DNA of 64,000 nt from a virus. Its lineage: Duplodnaviria > Heunggongvirae > Uroviricota > Caudoviricetes. Below the pieces are notes generated by a model, which searched no databases, was not told where the DNA came from, and saw only the letters and a program-made list of their open reading frames with translations. Made by a program: the position numbers and the translations under genes. Below, in pieces: positions 28,799 through 38,300 of the stretch (the stretch's first letter is position 1; each line of letters begins with the position of its first letter). Location: the IMG/VR virus record IMGVR_UViG_3300008111_001118; one strand, written 5' to 3'.

Positions 28799-31700
28799 TT
28801 ATACGTTAAATTGATAATTTGCGAACAATATATACTGTTCTGTGCTGTTGCTGGTTGTTGCATCTATGATATATCTGTCAACTTCAAAGTTCAGTAAACT
28901 AAAGTCAAACCCAGAATTTGTGATATTATTTTTTATAGTGCTGCTGTAACCAGGCTTTGTATATACCAACGGTAATGCTAATACATAGTCGATTTCCGAT
29001 AAACTGCCATTTTGTGCAGTACGCATCCACAGTGGTAAAAAGTCTCTAGAACTTTCTCCAGTTTCTTTTATATTTGCTCTCATATTATCAATATTTGATA
29101 TGTATTTTTTAACATCGTTTTGCTGTGATGATTTTATTGCGTTACTGTCTGCTGTAATAGTGTTTGTAGTTGGTTTATATCTAAATCTCCACGGAGCACC
29201 GGCATCTCCCGAAGGCTGAACAATAGTAGCATTGAACACAATATTTGTACCATCTCTTGTTAGAACTCTCAGTGCGCCGTTTGCGTTGTAAATAACTTCA
29301 CTGCCGTCTCTTACAATAATAATCAAGTCCTCAGACACAAGTGGTATTGCAATTCCACCGTCTCTACCGCCAAGGTCTATAGTAATAGAACCATCACGTC
29401 CGCCAAATATGTCGTCTAATGGTTCGTACTTAACACTGTCTACTGTAATTTTTCCAGATCTATTTACAGTTTGGAAGAATTGTTTTGCTTTTCCAGACCT
29501 CGGTTTAGCCGGGTCTATTAGATCAACATATACAACTTCGTAGATTACTTCGTTGCTGCCTGGGTTTTTAGCAACCGCAGTTTTCAATTCTCCAAACAAG
29601 AAACGTTTCTTTTTGTGATTTTTTGCTGTTGCACTAACAAAAGTTGCAATATCGTTTGTTTCAATTCCTGCATATATCAACGCACGTAATTTTTTCTGTA
29701 TACCAAAATTAGAATCGCTGGGTCTGTAAACACTTCTAGGATCGAAAATCCGTGAGTCATTGATAAATTCGTCAAAAGATTGTTTTTGAGCAGGTATCAA
29801 AAATGGCTGAACAAAAATATTACTGTAAGTAAGATTGTCTTTGTCGTTTATTGATAGAGTAAATGTTCTAGAAACAGCACTAAATCCAAATCGATCTCTT
29901 GCCAATACTGTAAATGTATAGTCTCTGTCCAGTGAAGTAGTACTGCCGTCAAAAGTAGTAGTGCCGCCATCAAAGAAAGTAAGTCCAGGGTTTTCTACTG
30001 TGCCCGATATCGGAACTTTACCTACAATTTCTCCATCTAGTTTCAGTGTTAATCCTGGTGGCAATCTGCCTGAAACTAGATTATATTTCATATTTGCATC
30101 AGGGACTGTACTTTCTGCTTGAACAGACAGTGTGCTAATTCTGTTGGCCGGTAAAACACCAAGATTGCTGTCAGTGATCCATGTAATTGTACTGTCAATT
30201 TCTCCAAGCAGTTTCAGTGTAAATGTTTTGCTTTTTGATGCAGTATCGACTTCTGCACGTGGAAACGATTTACTAAATCCAGCACCAACATAGGTAGCCA
30301 AACTCAATTGTCTGCCAACGTCAAATGTTCTAGTCAGTGGTTGATCTAATAGTATTCTATCATTTAATCCAATTTGTGTTAGAACAATGGCAGTGCTATC
30401 GGAAGTATGAAATAGGCTATTAATGTAACTGGTATTTCTATTTTGTGCAGTTGCAGGAATAACCAATCTTATTTCAGTAATATTAGATCCGCCTGTTATA
30501 GTAACATAAGCAGGATTACCGTTGGAAGTTAACAGTTCATTTAATTTATTTGCAATTGTAGTAGTAACTGGTCCGGTTACACCTTCGTTAAGTTCGATAT
30601 ATGATGTAAGACTGTTGGTTGAAATTTTCCATTCAACATAAGGATAGATACTTCCGATTCTATAAACTTCGGAATCACTGAACTTTAAATTCTTTCCAGA
30701 GTAAAATAATTTATCCGACTCGCTGAGTGTAGTAACAAAGAAATAGTCTGTTCCTGTTGCAGTTTTTGTAACATTTAGTGGTGTTGCTGCTGGAGTAGGC
30801 TGCAATGTTTCAGTAAGAGTAATTGTGTCATACAATACGTTACTACCGTCAACACTTTCTACAGTATACGATCTTTGTTCTATAGCAATTTCTTTGCCCA
30901 CCAACGACTGCAAATCGTCTAAGCCATCGACGAGAGTTCTTGGTAGTTTTGCAACTCGGAATGTGCTTGTTCCAGAAAAGGCATCTTCGTAAAAACTAGC
31001 AAATACAGTAACCACACCTTGTTCTGCATTAAATCGTGTAGCAGTAATAGTAAACTTATATTCTTTGGTAATTGCTGGTTGGTATGGAACAATACCGGCA
31101 ATTTCTCCAGTTTCGGAATCTAGAGTCATACCTGGCGGCAGTTCGCTCTTAGAATTGTCGTCGTTAATAGTTTCTAAAAAGTAAAGTATATCGCCTTCGA
31201 CGTTTGTAGGATCTAATACGTCAAGGTATACTGTTATAAAATTGTTTGCTCTTCTAACACCCAGATCTGCTGGTGTTAACCATACCGGAGTTCTAAAGTA
31301 TGTAATGTCGGCTGTAAATACTCCATCGGCAGCCTTCATAATTGTGTTGTCTGCTCTTGTAAAGTCGTCGCCTACAACATAAATTTCAAATCGACGTTTT
31401 GCAAATGACACATTATCTGCAACTGTTACATAAAACTCGTATACTCTGTTTAATTTTTTAGGTGCTCTTGTAGGTATGTTATAGTCATAGCCTTTGGTGT
31501 CATAGTAGTATGTGTCTAAACCGTTATCACTTGGAATAGTATAATCAAAAGGATACTTTCCGTATTCTACAACGTCGTACCCTGCATTTAGTGCATTTAC
31601 ATCTAACGCTAAAAGTGGATCAACTACGCCAACAAGTCTGCCATCTCTTGTTAACTCAATGCCAGGTGGTAATTCACCTGCGCCGTCGGCAACAAAAAAT

Positions 31701-32377
31701 TCTAAGTTGTCGCCTGCTGGTAAGTCTGTATCAGTAGCAAGAAGTTGAAAATCAATAAAACTGCTGTCTAAAATAAACAGTACGTTATTTGGACCAACTG
31801 GTAGTCTGCCCTCAGGAGTTAACCACTGTGGATTATCCGGACCTTTGGTAACAATAGTAAATGTTCTATCTAATTCGCTTGATGACGTTTTTGCTCTAAT
31901 TACAAAAGTACTTTGTGTAGTTCTTGCAACTTCAAATAGAGTACCTACAATTGAGTTATTTTCTAGTCTTAGTCCTGCAGGCAATTCCCCGCTGATCACT
32001 TCAGTTGTTATATCAGAGGTTTCTTCTAGTGGAAGTGCAATATTAACAGTTGTTCTTTCTTCAAAATTACCTAGTTCTGTATTATTTGGTACTGTCCATC
32101 TTGGATAATTTTCAACTATTAATCTAAAAGTTCTATCTAGTACTCCGGCAGGTGTTTGTGCTCTTATTACAAAAGAAAAGTTTGTGTTGTAAACAACTGT
32201 AGGAGCAGTGCCTACTATTGCATTTCTTTCTATTGCTAGACCAGTTGGCAAACTACCACTTAAAAAAAAGGTATTGAGTTCTGGCATTTGCACTACCGGC
32301 AAAGGAATGTAAACTTCAGAATTTTCTGGTAATCTTCCTAGTTCTGTATTATTTGGTACTGTCCATTGTGGTAGCAT
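28799..32377 (-). CDS. large structural protein (1192 aa) with two tandem N-terminal Ig-like repeats
   Basis: Repeats PQWTVPNNTELGRLPEN... and PRWTVPNNTELGNFEER... of about 95 aa each; Thr/Ser/Asn-rich beta composition typical of fibre/baseplate proteins. Confidence 0.55.
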   Translation of the reverse strand: MLPQWTVPNNTELGRLPENSEVYIPLPVVQMPELNTFFLSGSLPTGLAIERNAIVGTAPTVVYNTNFSFVIRAQTPAGVLDRTFRLIVENYPRWTVPNNTELGNFEERTTVNIALPLEETSDITTEVISGELPAGLRLENNSIVGTLFEVARTTQSTFVIRAKTSSSELDRTFTIVTKGPDNPQWLTPEGRLPVGPNNVLFILDSSFIDFQLLATDTDLPAGDNLEFFVADGAGELPPGIELTRDGRLVGVVDPLLALDVNALNAGYDVVEYGKYPFDYTIPSDNGLDTYYYDTKGYDYNIPTRAPKKLNRVYEFYVTVADNVSFAKRRFEIYVVGDDFTRADNTIMKAADGVFTADITYFRTPVWLTPADLGVRRANNFITVYLDVLDPTNVEGDILYFLETINDDNSKSELPPGMTLDSETGEIAGIVPYQPAITKEYKFTITATRFNAEQGVVTVFASFYEDAFSGTSTFRVAKLPRTLVDGLDDLQSLVGKEIAIEQRSYTVESVDGSNVLYDTITLTETLQPTPAATPLNVTKTATGTDYFFVTTLSESDKLFYSGKNLKFSDSEVYRIGSIYPYVEWKISTNSLTSYIELNEGVTGPVTTTIANKLNELLTSNGNPAYVTITGGSNITEIRLVIPATAQNRNTSYINSLFHTSDSTAIVLTQIGLNDRILLDQPLTRTFDVGRQLSLATYVGAGFSKSFPRAEVDTASKSKTFTLKLLGEIDSTITWITDSNLGVLPANRISTLSVQAESTVPDANMKYNLVSGRLPPGLTLKLDGEIVGKVPISGTVENPGLTFFDGGTTTFDGSTTSLDRDYTFTVLARDRFGFSAVSRTFTLSINDKDNLTYSNIFVQPFLIPAQKQSFDEFINDSRIFDPRSVYRPSDSNFGIQKKLRALIYAGIETNDIATFVSATAKNHKKKRFLFGELKTAVAKNPGSNEVIYEVVYVDLIDPAKPRSGKAKQFFQTVNRSGKITVDSVKYEPLDDIFGGRDGSITIDLGGRDGGIAIPLVSEDLIIIVRDGSEVIYNANGALRVLTRDGTNIVFNATIVQPSGDAGAPWRFRYKPTTNTITADSNAIKSSQQNDVKKYISNIDNMRANIKETGESSRDFLPLWMRTAQNGSLSEIDYVLALPLVYTKPGYSSTIKNNITNSGFDFSLLNFEVDRYIIDATTSNSTEQYILFANYQFNV

Positions 32378-32386
32378 TTTTAGTCC

Positions 32387-33121
32387 TTATACAACTGTAC
32401 CTAGATCAACTGTTCCTGCTGTAGGTGAAACAAATGATCCAAAATCTACTCCAACTTGGTTGATTACCCAACTTAAAATACTGTTGCTAGTAATACTTGA
32501 AAATTCTCCAAAATCAAAACTCTCAATATAACGTCCTATAGAGTCGTAGTAATTTACTGTTTCGCTTCCTGTTTCTGAACTTTGTATATCAGTCAGTGTC
32601 ACTTTTGTTGCAACGACACTAGGTGTTACAATACTTTGTGTAGCAATATAATTAACATTTGTAATTTGTTTATTATTAGCATTAAGGTTTCCACCAAGTA
32701 CTGGTGTTGTTTCATTAACCAAGGCACCGTTGATTGTAATAGTTTTATTATTTTCGTTAATTCCTACAACAATTCCGCTGGCACCAAAGATATTGTAGTT
32801 TAAGCCAGGACCTGCAATCAAACTTCCAGCATCGCCTGTGATAATAAAGTTACCAGTAGGGGATATGGTATCAATAACAATAGTATTGTCAAGTTCTTGT
32901 AATGTTACACTGTTTCCAGCAACTAAACGTCTAAAATTTAAAACGTTGTCAACTGTGTTAGCGTACACTCTAGCACCAGCAGAACCTAAGTTTGCTGCAC
33001 TTTGAAATGCAATCAGTTCAATCTCTTGAAAGTTTTGATTTATCTTGATAAAGGCTTCTCGAAGATCATCACCTGTTCCGTCGTTAGCCGAGTTGCCCAC
33101 ATTGATATTTTGAATAGCCAT
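32387..33121 (-). CDS. tail-fibre-like protein (244 aa) with conserved N-terminal domain
   Basis: N-terminus MAIQNINVGNSANDGTGDDLREAFIKINQNF is shared with three other genes; late-promoter-like motif upstream. Confidence 0.55.
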   Translation of the reverse strand: MAIQNINVGNSANDGTGDDLREAFIKINQNFQEIELIAFQSAANLGSAGARVYANTVDNVLNFRRLVAGNSVTLQELDNTIVIDTISPTGNFIITGDAGSLIAGPGLNYNIFGASGIVVGINENNKTITINGALVNETTPVLGGNLNANNKQITNVNYIATQSIVTPSVVATKVTLTDIQSSETGSETVNYYDSIGRYIESFDFGEFSSITSNSILSWVINQVGVDFGSFVSPTAGTVDLGTVV

Positions 33122-33151
33122 TTTAATCCCCGTTTTAAGTATTTATCGATA

Positions 33152-34447
33152 TTACGGAGCCGCAGGAGGGTTGTACAAGTTAACCCATCCTGCTGTAGGT
33201 ACAAAACTAACATAGGACGCTATACCAACGTATACTTGAACTTGACTTGTAGTTTCATTGTAAATTATGTCACCCAATTGCGGGGTTAATGCATTTCTTT
33301 GTGTAGTAGTTAATACTGGCAACTGAAACACACCTGCAAATATGCTAACTCTACTTGTTGCAGTTCCTGGAGTAATATTAATACTACCAGCCGCGCCAAT
33401 AGTTACATTAGACTTTCCAGGAATACCTTGTAGATCACCGTAGTAAACTGTATTTTGAACATACGAATTACTAAAATATCTCGAGTCTGACCCTAGGTCA
33501 TAGACATTGGTTGTATCGGGTATGATACTGTTATAAAATGAAATTGCACTTTGACTTTTTATCTGTAGTGTGCTAGTGCCGCCGATGATCAATATTCCAG
33601 CGTTTGAATCAACAGTTATTGTTTCATTGGTGTCAAACAATAGATTTCCTGTACTTCTTAGTGATGTACCGGAAACTTGCCCATTTGCAGTCAACCCTCC
33701 TACTGTAATACTATTTGTAGTTGCGTTACTGCGATCTGTAATAGCATCTAGTGTATCTGCTTCGGCAGTTAGATAATTGTTTGGGTTAGTAAGACCGTTA
33801 TAAGGAGTATACCCTAGAGCATCTATAACATCTCCTGATGTTAAAGTAAAACTTGTTGTTGAAAATTGAATGCCATTTTCTGATCCATTAATTTGTAAAA
33901 ACTTACCAGCCTGACCTGAATAGGTGTTGGGTGTATCAGTTAAACCAGTTAATGAAAGTTCACTTATGTATCCTTCGGGGTTAAAATCATCGTAAGGAGT
34001 ATATCCTAGAGCATTAATAATATCGCTGCTAGATAGTACGGGCTTATTGTTTAAGTCGTTGTAATTTCCAGTTGTTGCAACAGTTGCTAGTACGGGCTTA
34101 TTGTTTAAGTCGTTATAATTTCCAGTTGTTGCAACATTAGCAAATGCAGGAACATTATTTAAATCGTCCCAGTCTACTAGTTCTAAGATGTTAGTATCGT
34201 TTATTCTAACCACACCTGTGACATTTAAGTTAGCGTTAGTAGAAATACTACCTGTAACAGTAACAGATCCACCTATAGTTGCGTTGCCCGATGTTTGAAC
34301 AGTTGCAGAACTTATACTGTTAATCACTGATAAACTAGTAACGCCTACTAATCCGTTGCCAGTTAAATTAAGATTATCTCCAGACGGCAATTCTTTAATT
34401 TGGTTACCCGAACTAGTGTCAACAATAAGTGGAAATCTATTTGCCAT
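33152..34447 (-). CDS. tail-fibre protein (431 aa) with internal tandem repeat
   Basis: N-terminus MANRFPLIVDTSSGNQIKELPSGDNLNLTGN; exact tandem repeat ATTGNYNDLNNKPVL x2; Gly/Thr/Ser/Asn-rich. Confidence 0.6.
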   Translation of the reverse strand: MANRFPLIVDTSSGNQIKELPSGDNLNLTGNGLVGVTSLSVINSISSATVQTSGNATIGGSVTVTGSISTNANLNVTGVVRINDTNILELVDWDDLNNVPAFANVATTGNYNDLNNKPVLATVATTGNYNDLNNKPVLSSSDIINALGYTPYDDFNPEGYISELSLTGLTDTPNTYSGQAGKFLQINGSENGIQFSTTSFTLTSGDVIDALGYTPYNGLTNPNNYLTAEADTLDAITDRSNATTNSITVGGLTANGQVSGTSLRSTGNLLFDTNETITVDSNAGILIIGGTSTLQIKSQSAISFYNSIIPDTTNVYDLGSDSRYFSNSYVQNTVYYGDLQGIPGKSNVTIGAAGSINITPGTATSRVSIFAGVFQLPVLTTTQRNALTPQLGDIIYNETTSQVQVYVGIASYVSFVPTAGWVNLYNPPAAP

Positions 34448-34479
34448 TTTTTATTCCTATTTTATGTATTTATCGTATC

Positions 34480-35343
34480 TTACCAAGTGTCGCCCGACCA
34501 AGCAACTCGTTTCCAAATGTTAGTGACACCGTCATGGTTTTGTGTGCAGTAGTACATATATGTACTGTCAAATGCTACTGATCCCACGTAATCATCGCTA
34601 ACACCTATACTTGTAGATGGCACCGCGGAAAGTATTCTTACATATTCCGTAATAAGAACAACGGTTTTACCACCGCTAGTATTTCCATCTCCGATTTGTA
34701 CTTGCGATATTCCATCTTGGGAAACTATAAAGTTTGTATAGACGTTGTTATTATCAACTTCCCCGACAATCTTACCTGCCACACCATCTACCAGTAGTGT
34801 GCTGTCGTCAGCGAATACACTACCAGTGACATCACCATCTAGTGAAGTTTGTGGTCCTGTATAGGCAGTAATCTGTACCGTGGCATCTGGAAATGTCAAC
34901 GCTCCTGCACTATCAAATTTCCAGATTCGACTTCCGCCGACATACGTAACTTCGATTCCGGCTCCGTAGCCATCCTCCACCCAAATGTAAGTACCGTCTG
35001 TACTTTGTAACTGAGCGAGCGGTGCTTGGATATCAATAATTTCGCCTGTAGGGTTAGTTATACCATTGGCATCAAAAACAATATTACCCAAACTGGGTAT
35101 AGTCGGTTTATTGGTTAAATCATTGTAACTGCCACTGAATGTGGAATATTGACTAAGACTAACGCTGTTGCCACCACTTATAGCTAATGTGTTTCCTACT
35201 AAAGTCAATGTTTGAGCATCAGTGTTTACTGCACGATCATACAATTCAGTAAAGTTGCTGTTGATCTTAGTAAAGGCTGTACGTAGCGGATCGCCATCGC
35301 CTTTGTTTGCACTCGACCCTATGTTAATGTTCTGCTTTGCCAT
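34480..35343 (-). CDS. tail-fibre-like protein (287 aa) with conserved N-terminal domain
   Basis: N-terminus MAKQNINIGSSANKGDGDPLRTAFTKINSNFTELY. Confidence 0.55.
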   Translation of the reverse strand: MAKQNINIGSSANKGDGDPLRTAFTKINSNFTELYDRAVNTDAQTLTLVGNTLAISGGNSVSLSQYSTFSGSYNDLTNKPTIPSLGNIVFDANGITNPTGEIIDIQAPLAQLQSTDGTYIWVEDGYGAGIEVTYVGGSRIWKFDSAGALTFPDATVQITAYTGPQTSLDGDVTGSVFADDSTLLVDGVAGKIVGEVDNNNVYTNFIVSQDGISQVQIGDGNTSGGKTVVLITEYVRILSAVPSTSIGVSDDYVGSVAFDSTYMYYCTQNHDGVTNIWKRVAWSGDTW

Positions 35344-38300
35344 TATACTCTTCCTACTACTACTTCAACAACGCCTCTAACATCGTCTAACTTGTTAGAA
35401 ACTGCTTTACCTATTACAGTACCAACACGAGGATCATTGTCAACTATGCCGTATCCTGGTATTGCACTTGTAACAATCAAGTCACCTTTTTGTACCTTGC
35501 CAAGAACCTTAACTGGTACACGCCCTTGCAGTGCAACCCCAGTTACAAAATCGCCTTCTAATGCACTGTTCATCAAGTGCGCTGGATTGGTTGTAACAAC
35601 ACCTGCTACACGTCGATCGCCCTTAACATTGGTTACAGTAACTTCTTGTTCGCCACCAAACACCAGTACAGTACCGGGTTCGTATGCTACGTCAGAAAGA
35701 TAGTTTTCTGCCAAGTCAGCATACAATGCTTCTGTAGCAGTACCGTTGAATGTTGTAGCATAAACAGTATTCCAACGTCTTGTACTTAGACCCAGCATCT
35801 GTCCGCTGTCTGTTGGACTGTTTAACCCAGGTATAATATTACCACCCATAGTAAGTATACCAGCAACAGTAACGTTATTAGGAAGACCTATAGTAACTGT
35901 TCCACCTGCTTGTGCTACTGTGGTTTCGTTTGCAGTTGCAGCAAATGTCAGTGTTCCTCCTAGAGCGATACTACTTGCTGTAGTGCCATCTGTTACAGAA
36001 ATGCTGCTGTTTGCAAGTTTGCTATTTGCAATTCCGCTTGTTAGTATTGATATCCATCCACTGCTAGCAGTAAATTCTGCACTGTTAAAACTAGCAAGAC
36101 CTCTATCGCCTTGTGTGATTCCAGTTGCGTTTGCTCTAGTTGTGGCAGCGTTCATACTCAATTTACTTTGAGCAATTGCTGCTGATGCACTTACATCAGC
36201 ATTAACAATAGATCCTGAGTTGTATTGTGCGCTTAATACACCTGCAGAATAAGTAAATGTAACGTCGCTAACCAACGGATCTGAAGAAAATGCTTCGTTG
36301 GTCCACTTGCTAGTAGATCCGTTATAAACTAAAATCTCAGCATTTGCAGGAGTTACAATTGCAACATCGTCTAGTTCTGACAATTCATCTTGTGCTGCTA
36401 GTAATCCATCAACATAATTTTTATTAACAGCATCTGTTCCAGCAGTCGGGGATCCTAGGTTAGTAATTTGATTACCACCCATACTTAGATTGCCAGTCAT
36501 AGTATCGCCGGCTTTTCTAATAGCGCCGCCGCCGATGATGTCTCCTAATAGTAGTGCATCACCGTCTCTGTCCCATCCTAAACGTTTGTTAATGTAACCT
36601 TCGACTGCGGTTTCAGTAGGTACACTATCGCCAGTTGCGTTAGTAAATGTAGTATCTGGTGAAAACTCGTTAACTCTAACACCACGTTTGAAACCAATAC
36701 CGTCGATGTTTGTTAGAACAAGTGCAGCGTTAAATGTAACACGACCGGTGCCTTGGTCAACTGTAAAGAATCTACCTACACGGAAGAAACCGTCTTGGTC
36801 AGTACTTGCAAAGAACACACGTCCTCTTACACGTTCTTGTACCTGTGCTTTGGTATTGAATCCGTTGCTATCCACTGCTTGTTCGTCAGTTACTGCGGCT
36901 TCAATTGGTGCACCGTAAATTCTATCAGGATAGTTAGAAGTGTTGTATCCACCAGTACCGATATCCAGGAAGTCATGACTTGTTGCACGAGTAGTACTGA
37001 TATTAACAGTGATATTGGCAGTTGCCCCAGTATCTAAACCTGCTTTGAGTGTGATATTGTCACCTATTGAACTGTCTGCTCTTACAGCAATACCTGTTCC
37101 AACATACGTAGGGTGAATACTGTACACATCAGTAAATGTAATAATACCTAGAGTATCACCGTTTAATCCAGATGTTCCGCTGGTATCAACAATTTCAGAA
37201 TAACCTGTAATTTCAAACTGTTTGCCGCCCCAAGTAAATACCATTCCTAGTATTCTTGTTTTATCAACAGTATCGAGTCTTGCAATTACAATATTAAGAT
37301 CTCCTACTGTTCTTCCAAGTGTAGTTCCACCTGTAGGAGCAGTTCCTATAGTGCTGCTAACTGTGTAGTTTACACCTAAGTTGTAACTGGCTCTATCATT
37401 GTCCACATTCAAGTCAATGTAAGAAAAGTTATCATCAACACCAACAACTGCCTGTGTACCAACAACCGGAATACCACTAACAATTGTATTTTCAAATGCA
37501 ATTGTTCTGTATGTATAAACTGGATACTCGTTAAATATAAAAGCAGTACTAGGTCTTGTTAGAACGTCTGAAGTGATTCCGTTTACATAGAAGTTTTGTT
37601 TTGCACGATAAACTGCCAACGTGCCAAACCCAGTAAGTTCTTGGATACCAGTGTCTGCGGTTGCAACACCACTGGTTAGATCAAGTCTCCATATTTTTGC
37701 ACGAATAGTACTTGTACTGTCGCACAATGAACTTACAAGGTTTGATGGAATTTCTAATCCTGTATCGGTAACGCTTACAACTTCGTAAGGTTGATACAAT
37801 CCAGTGGTATGAAGAATTTCAATTTCGCTGGCATTTAGCGGATAGTCGGTTAAGTCGTAAACATAAACAGCAACATCGTTTTCATTTGCAGTAAAGTTTC
37901 TATTTACAACTGTATATGGTGCAGTTCCTAGAGCAGTGCTGCCGCCTTCAACTATTTGATCACTAGCATTAAAACTACCACCGGTTATGTTTTCAATATA
38001 CAGTATGGTATTGCCGCCCACTACATCAAAAAATGCCAATTGACCTGTAACTGTTCCAGTTACTTGATCTTGCTTGATATTTTCGCCAGCAGTGAGCAAT
38101 GCACTTACATCGCCTGTTACTGTTACTTCTTGTTCAACTACATATATTTTTGCAGGCTGTACAAGAGGCTGTACAAGACTTGCTACTCTTGAAACTTCGT
38201 CAGGATCGCTGCCTTCTGCAACCATACCAAACGTACCGTAACTGTTGTTACCAGTTAGTGATCGTATCTGCGAACCGTTGCGTGAATAATAACCTGTGTG

